Below, piece by piece: positions 23,826 through 28,613 of a DNA stretch of 28,613 nt. The DNA lies in the IMG/VR virus record IMGVR_UViG_3300020570_000507, positions 1 through 28,613 of that record. One strand, 5' to 3'. Numbering within the stretch: the stretch's first letter is position 1; the number at the start of each line of letters is the position of its first letter. A program made the position numbers and the translations under genes. The DNA comes from a virus (Duplodnaviria; Caudoviricetes). The notes beneath the pieces are model-generated. The model made no database searches, was not told the DNA's origin, and saw only the letters and a list, made by a program, of their open reading frames with translations.

Positions 23826-23880
23826 AAAAAGGTCAAAGGGCTCTCTTTATGAGAGCCCATACATAACTAAGTCAATTAAT
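23826..23880. repeat. about 55-bp direct repeat with terminator-like hairpin, copy 2
   Basis: Perfect GGGCUCUC/GAGAGCCC stem followed by UUUGACCUUUUU on the minus strand. Confidence 0.9.
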
Positions 23881-23884
23881 TAAA

Positions 23885-24337
23885 TCAGTCTAAAACTTGA
23901 AGTCGGACATCTGCAACTCCACTGGATTTTACTCCGAGATGGTTTGCAATACCTTCACCCAAGTCAACAATGCGACCACCAACATAAGGTCCACGATCAT
24001 TCACTCTTGCAATAGCACTACGGCCATTATTAAGATTAGTGATTCGTACTCGGGTTCCCATCGGTAGTGTTCGGTGCGCAACTGTAAAAGTACCCGGCCT
24101 ATAGATTTCGCCACTTGCGGTAGGTCTTCCATAGAATCCTGGTCCATACCAGCTAGCTTCACCTATGCTTGCTGCAATAGAAAAATTTTTTCTTAGCAAC
24201 CATTTATCAAATTCAATAGTAGAATCTGGTGATTCCGTATAGGTTGAATAATTGATTGAAGAAATTGCCCTGGCTTGTACTGGTGAGAATAGTAAAGCAC
24301 CGGCAAAAAGAATTGAAATAGTTTTGGAAAAAAGCAT
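23885..24337 (-). CDS. rlpA: RlpA-like double-psi beta-barrel lytic transglycosylase
   Basis: Signal peptide; GEASWYGPGFYGRPTASGE, AHRTLPMGT, RVNDRGPY, RIVDL. Confidence 0.9.
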   Translation of the reverse strand: MLFSKTISILFAGALLFSPVQARAISSINYSTYTESPDSTIEFDKWLLRKNFSIAASIGEASWYGPGFYGRPTASGEIYRPGTFTVAHRTLPMGTRVRITNLNNGRSAIARVNDRGPYVGGRIVDLGEGIANHLGVKSSGVADVRLQVLD

Positions 24338-24349
24338 TGGATTGGTTAA

Positions 24350-24420
24350 AAACAACATCCAGGCTTGATCGCCGTCGCAACGCCCCTGTTCTAAAGAGCA
24401 GCGATCCCTGGCTCTAGTTT
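24350..24420 (-). ncRNA. structured RNA in the rlpA leader (three-way junction)
   Basis: CCAGG/CCUGG, GAUCGCUG/CGGCGAUC, CUCU/AGGG and CGU/ACG helices; a GC-rich island downstream of two promoters. Confidence 0.55.
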
Positions 24421-24470
24421 CACTAAATCATTATGAAATAGTATTTAGGACCGTTTAATGTCCTGAAAGG

Positions 24471-24522
24471 ACTATAGCACAGTTTTACGGGAATGTCAAT
24501 AGGACGGTTTTATAAGCGTCCA
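24471..24522 (-). promoter_or_regulatory. sigma70-like promoter with degenerate upstream motif
   Basis: TTGACA-17 nt-TATAGT with extended TG; GTGGACGC..AACCGTCC upstream. Confidence 0.75.
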
Positions 24523-24551
24523 CCAGCACCATAAATATTATTTTAATTTAT

Positions 24552-24974
24552 ATGTGGTACTATAACGGCGAGATATTAGAAAATGTTCCAGAATGTATGG
24601 AAGGATTTGTCTATATTATTGAAAATCTGACAAACAATAAAAAATACATCGGCAAGAAGCATTTCTGGGAAAGAAGAAAGGATCCTAAAACTGGAAGACG
24701 TAAGACTAAAGAAGGAAACTGGAAGAATTATTTCGGCTCATGTGATGAGTTGATTAAAGATCATAAAGAATTGGGAGACGAAATGTTCAAAAGAACAATT
24801 CTTTATCTATGCCCACATAAGAAGTCAATGTCTTATTTTGAGACTCTTGAGCAATTCAAAAGAGATGTTATTATGCGCGATGATTACTATAATACTAATG
24901 TTGAAGGTAAGTTCTTCACATCAGAAATAGATAATATTTACAGTAAAGTTTTGATTGCCGAAAGTCAGCTTTGA
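24552..24974 (+). CDS. GIY-YIG family endonuclease
   Basis: GFVYIIENLTNNKKYIGKKHFW, WKNYFGS, E..EQF, YYN; ATAAATA late promoter at 24531-24537. Confidence 0.88.
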   Translation: MWYYNGEILENVPECMEGFVYIIENLTNNKKYIGKKHFWERRKDPKTGRRKTKEGNWKNYFGSCDELIKDHKELGDEMFKRTILYLCPHKKSMSYFETLEQFKRDVIMRDDYYNTNVEGKFFTSEIDNIYSKVLIAESQL

Positions 24975-25414
24975 AGTTTAATATATTTAAATAACTGTTC
25001 ATTAGTGCTCCAATGAATTTCCTTGATTGTTGGACAATTAGTAGTTATATAAAGATGACAAATAGGGCAGCAAAAACTGTTTCTCAATTCTTTGCCGCCG
25101 TGGCCACCGAGTCTGCAAATTACCAGTTTGTGGCCGGGTTTTCGGGCTTTTAATAAACAGTTAAGTTCACAATGCAAATATAACTTATTGCAAAGATCTG
25201 GTTTTTTAAACTTTTTAGATGCATTTATTGCTGCATAAAACTGTTGAGTATGTGTAGTCTCATAAGAGTTTACACCGGTTGTTATTATACGATTTCTTTT
25301 ATCCAGAAGAATGGCAGACATTCTTTTAGGATCATTAGATGCCATTGCAACCGAAATTGCATTTTCAAAGATTTCGGGTTTAAGTTGCGACGGAGCTTCA
25401 CCAGGAATGAGCAC
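24965..25414 (-). CDS. cytidine/dCMP deaminase superfamily protein
   Basis: AILLD..IITTGVN, HCE, and CCPIC zinc-binding motifs. Confidence 0.75.
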   Translation of the reverse strand: MLIPGEAPSQLKPEIFENAISVAMASNDPKRMSAILLDKRNRIITTGVNSYETTHTQQFYAAINASKKFKKPDLCNKLYLHCELNCLLKARKPGHKLVICRLGGHGGKELRNSFCCPICHLYITTNCPTIKEIHWSTNEQLFKYIKLQS

Positions 25415-25424
25415 AATTCTTCAA

Positions 25425-25490
25425 TAAAAAAACACTCTAGCACAGTTGGTGAACTAGAGTGTTTTGTTGTGACAGTTTAATAATTGTCAG
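25425..25490 (-). promoter_or_regulatory. early promoter overlapped by a terminator-like hairpin
   Basis: CTGACAA..AACTGTCACAA-27 nt-TAGAGT; 12-bp stem AAAACACUCUAG/CUAGAGUGUUUU followed by more U. Confidence 0.7.
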
Positions 25491-26566
25491 TCCTGAATAT
25501 ATTGGGCGGCAAACTCATTTAGATTTTCTTCAGACATATCTTCCAGAATGGTAATAGCCTGGGCTTCAGTCTCGGCATAGCCCTCATCAATAAGATCTTC
25601 AATCATATATTGGGTAAGAAGATCATAATCTACAGAGGCATTAAGTTTTTGTTTTGCCTTTTCGTATGCTTCCTTGTTTTTATCCATACGGGCTCTAGAT
25701 TTTGCACTTACCATGGATCTTGATTTGACGGGTGCCTTTGGAGATGGTTCAGCTTTTCTACCTGGATAAGTTCCTACAACAACCGGCTTGTCTTTTGATC
25801 TGCCGGGATAGGAGCCTACAACAACTGGCTTTGCCTTTGGTCTAGAGAATGTATCACTAGCAGTAGCCTTTGCGACATCTCTCCTTTGTTGAGTTCTTTC
25901 TCTGGCGGGAGACCTTTCGGCGGATGTTTTTAGTGGATAGTTATATCCAACTTGAGCCCCAATTTTTGCACCCTGAACACTACCTCTAACAGCATTCATT
26001 ACTCGTCTACCACCACGGGCAACTCGTGATAAAGCCGCCTTTGCCTTTTCACTGGTATCTGAAAAGCCTTTCTTTAGTTGAGCCTTCTTATCACGAATTT
26101 GCTTGTGAACACCAGAAAGAGCACCTTCAACTGATCTCTTTGCACCGGAAAGAGCCCCACGAACTGCTGCTGATCTGGCAGCTCTGCGGGCGCGAGCATC
26201 TCTATCAGCAAAACTACGAACATTTGATTCCTTTTCTACATTCGTTTTAGCCGAATCTGCAGCTTGCCTTTCGCGAGTAGACTTGCGTTGAGCCATTCGG
26301 GCAGCACCAGCAGCAGTCTGTTCGGCCAGAATATCAAGAGATTCAGCAAGAACTTCATCGTTCTCAAAAACAGCCCCAAGAGTATCTACCGCCTCATTCA
26401 GAGTATCACCATAGTCCATAAATTCCCAAATGAGAGCTTCCATAACTTCTTCAATTTCTTCTTGTTGAAGAAAATCTACAAAGCGGAGATTCTCATAGAA
26501 GCTAGCCTCAGTGAGGCGAGTGCTATAAAGCTCGCCATAGGCTTCAGTAAGATAATATTTGGACAT
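25487..26566 (-). CDS. probable virion-internal/late protein
   Basis: Acidic ends, Ala/Arg/Lys-rich middle, duplicated KPVVVG(S/T)YPGR, C-terminal LIDEGYAET..A..IL..MSEE; late promoter at 26595. Confidence 0.65.
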   Translation of the reverse strand: MSKYYLTEAYGELYSTRLTEASFYENLRFVDFLQQEEIEEVMEALIWEFMDYGDTLNEAVDTLGAVFENDEVLAESLDILAEQTAAGAARMAQRKSTRERQAADSAKTNVEKESNVRSFADRDARARRAARSAAVRGALSGAKRSVEGALSGVHKQIRDKKAQLKKGFSDTSEKAKAALSRVARGGRRVMNAVRGSVQGAKIGAQVGYNYPLKTSAERSPARERTQQRRDVAKATASDTFSRPKAKPVVVGSYPGRSKDKPVVVGTYPGRKAEPSPKAPVKSRSMVSAKSRARMDKNKEAYEKAKQKLNASVDYDLLTQYMIEDLIDEGYAETEAQAITILEDMSEENLNEFAAQYIQD

Positions 26567-26652
26567 ATTTTTCAGGATAGTTGTGTTCTTTTATTATTTA
26601 TGTTTTCACGCCAATTAGCTTTCACTCTATATCTTATAAATTAGCTCTTTAA

Positions 26653-27042
26653 TTAAATCAACCTCACCAGAACATGTTGCATTAATAGTTTTATCTCCCT
26701 AAAAATTGCAGCAGCAAGTCTATGGTTCCCATCTACAACAACCCATTCTGGAAAATATCCTAAAGTAGGAATACCCAAATCTACTTCTATAGGGGTTGGA
26801 TCGGAATTTAAAACTAAATATGCAATACGCCCAATGTGTTTATTTTTTGGCCATATTGGGGGATCTAAGAAAGAAGAATAAGGTGTTGGGAATGTATAAT
26901 TGATCTTAATAGCTTTTTCAATCTCTTTATAAGAAACTGGATATTTTGTACCCCATATAGAGGTTTTGAATGGATTGCAAATCGTTTCAAGTTTTTCAAT
27001 TGATAAGATGTCAAAATCATTTTCCATAACAAAGGTTGTCAT
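26653..27042 (-). CDS. ParB/sulfiredoxin-like domain protein, C-terminus possibly frameshifted
   Basis: HIGRIAYL..PIEVD..VVDGNHRLAAAI motif. Confidence 0.7.
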   Translation of the reverse strand: MTTFVMENDFDILSIEKLETICNPFKTSIWGTKYPVSYKEIEKAIKINYTFPTPYSSFLDPPIWPKNKHIGRIAYLVLNSDPTPIEVDLGIPTLGYFPEWVVVDGNHRLAAAIFREIKLLMQHVLVRLI

Positions 27043-27051
27043 TTAAACTCA

Positions 27052-27110
27052 ATGGTAGATCATTTAGGGCACAGCAGAGTGTCCAATGTGACAGATGTTC
27101 AAGTGTCCAC
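27052..27110 (-). promoter_or_regulatory. early promoter motif copy
   Basis: GTGGACAC-TTGAAC-ATCTGTCACAT-28 nt-TACCAT. Confidence 0.7.
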
Positions 27111-27158
27111 TATTTTATTTCAATCGGTCATCAAACCAATTTTCGCGCAACATATTTC

Positions 27159-28328
27159 TCACAGTTTAAAGTTAGCAAAGGTATTGGAATTTATATCTTG
27201 TTTAATGGCACCAATAAGATAGCTTGATTTTTCAGTTTCCATTGGCGCTTCTTGTAAGGCATTAGAATTGAGCCAGCCCTCCATCCAAGTTAAAGGATTG
27301 TTTTTGGGGGCATCAGCATATTGAGGCTTAAGGCCAATAGCCTTTTGTCTAATATTTGCATTCCATTCAACATAACTCCACAAAATCTTATCGTTCAAAC
27401 CAATCATAGAACCATCTTTAAAAAGATAACCAGCCCAGACTTTTTCTTCGTTTACTGCCTTATCAAAAAGATAATAACAATATCCTTCTTCCTCTTCGGC
27501 AATCTTTGCCATATCGGGGTCATCACCTTGCTTCCACTTTTTAAGAATCTTTTGAGTGATAGCAAGATGTAGTCCCTCATCTCGGGCAATAAGTTCAATA
27601 ATTTTTGCCGAACCCTCCATCACTTTTAGTTCACCGAAGGCAAAACTACAAGCGAATGAAACATAGAAACGAATACCCTCTAAAATATTTACATTCATCA
27701 CTGCACGATAAAGTTTTCTCTTAAGTTCGTACAGTTCAGATTTAGCACTATCTACTCCCTCATTATTAAACTTCCAAAGATTAGAAGAACCATATTGTTG
27801 TGCAGATTGAATAAAATCATCATAGGCTTCAGTTACACTTAACGCCCGTTGAACAATATTTTCATCTGTAATAATTGTATCAAATACCTCGGATGGATTC
27901 GGATACACATTTTTGATAATATGGGTATAAGACCTAGAGTGAATATTCTCAAAGGCTTCCCACCAGAGCATACAAGATTCGAGTTCAGGTAGAGAGCAAT
28001 AGGGCCTAAATGCTAGGCCGGGTGCTCTACCTTGAACGCTATCTAACATTGTTTGATATCTGAGGTTAGAAGTAAAAATATGTTTCTGTTCCGGTCGCAG
28101 TTTTTGATAATCTAGCCTATCTTTTTGTAAATCCTTTGATTCTGGAGTCCAGAAGAAACTAATTTGTTTCTTGGTTAAACCCTCAAAATCTGGATATTTA
28201 AATTTGTCATATCTTTGAATTCCCTGTGGGGCACCAAAGAACATTGGTTGAGCTGTAAAGTCAACATTATTAAGATTTAATACGGTCATACCTTTGATTT
28301 CAGATCGCGCAACTGTCACAGATTTCAT
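27159..28328 (-). CDS. nrdB: ribonucleotide reductase class Ia beta subunit
   Basis: FFWTP, LDSVQGR, ENIHSRSYTHI, LEGIRFYVSF, IARDEGLH; start may be the GTG at 28319. Confidence 0.96.
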   Translation of the reverse strand: MKSVTVARSEIKGMTVLNLNNVDFTAQPMFFGAPQGIQRYDKFKYPDFEGLTKKQISFFWTPESKDLQKDRLDYQKLRPEQKHIFTSNLRYQTMLDSVQGRAPGLAFRPYCSLPELESCMLWWEAFENIHSRSYTHIIKNVYPNPSEVFDTIITDENIVQRALSVTEAYDDFIQSAQQYGSSNLWKFNNEGVDSAKSELYELKRKLYRAVMNVNILEGIRFYVSFACSFAFGELKVMEGSAKIIELIARDEGLHLAITQKILKKWKQGDDPDMAKIAEEEEGYCYYLFDKAVNEEKVWAGYLFKDGSMIGLNDKILWSYVEWNANIRQKAIGLKPQYADAPKNNPLTWMEGWLNSNALQEAPMETEKSSYLIGAIKQDINSNTFANFKL

Positions 28329-28613
28329 CTCCTTCTAGAATATTTTCAATTAACTGGTCAAGATTTTCTTTAGGCCCATCAAAAGCTTCCCCCTCAATCC
28401 TTCCATCATATGTATTACAATAATATGCAGTTTTGTGTCCATAGCGGTAACAATAGAACAAATCGTCAATAATTTCGCTCATCGGAATCTCATTATTTGG
28501 AAAGTTTTCTGGATTATAGTTCCAGTTAGAACTTACAGAATGGTCAAAGAACTTGATGAATAGTGCTACAATATTGAAGTATCCCTTATTATTCTTCATA
28601 TCCCAAAGCAGAG
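28300..28613 (-). CDS. nrdA: ribonucleotide reductase class Ia alpha subunit, C-terminal fragment (runs off the window)
   Basis: KFFD..S.N..Y, GHKTAYY, terminal CDSCAI redox pair; overlaps the nrdB start. Confidence 0.93.
   Translation of the reverse strand, partial: LLWDMKNNKGYFNIVALFIKFFDHSVSSNWNYNPENFPNNEIPMSEIIDDLFYCYRYGHKTAYYCNTYDGRIEGEAFDGPKENLDQLIENILEGDEICDSCAI

Noticed and set aside
26690-26710. Programmed -1 frameshift at TTTTTAGGGAG
   Set aside because: The phasing does not give an X XXY YYZ heptamer, and the -1 frame has a TAG at that spot.
1686-27572. Plus-strand ORFs of the track other than 24552-24974
   Set aside because: They are antisense shadows of well-supported minus-strand genes or RNAs (for example 3094-3596 over the LRV repeats and 20175-20441 over the RNA cluster) with no recognisable motifs.
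27159-28328. Intron or intein in nrdB
   Set aside because: The ORF is continuous and of normal length with all iron-ligand motifs.

Overview
AT-rich segment of a T4-like cyanomyovirus genome (taxonomy inferred from gene content), running from phoH/thyX/speD to nrdB and a partial nrdA. Almost every gene is on the minus strand; one GIY-YIG nuclease is on plus. Between the core genes lies a hyperplastic region of small ORFs organised into cassettes by about 14 copies of a bipartite early-promoter motif and about 11 T4-type late promoters. Five things stand out. (1) A cluster of non-canonical RNAs at 20.0-21.5 kb: a 157-nt tRNA-like RNA with a large pseudoknotted insert, a tRNA-Ile(UAU)-like gene nested in a larger manA-like RNA, a D-armless tRNA-Arg(UCU)-like RNA, and a roughly 78-nt candidate sRNA. 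(2) A dispersed tRNA/translation toolkit: mini-AlaRS, CysRS, EF-Ts, Pth2, a Thg1-like protein and ClpS. (3) Three LRV/HEAT-like repeat genes with a nucleotide-identical 46-bp scaffold and hypervariable codons. (4) Several genes bracketed by 47-61-bp direct repeats, suggesting cassette insertion. (5) Structured 5' leaders. All product calls come from motif recognition by eye and all RNA folds are manual; no searches were run.
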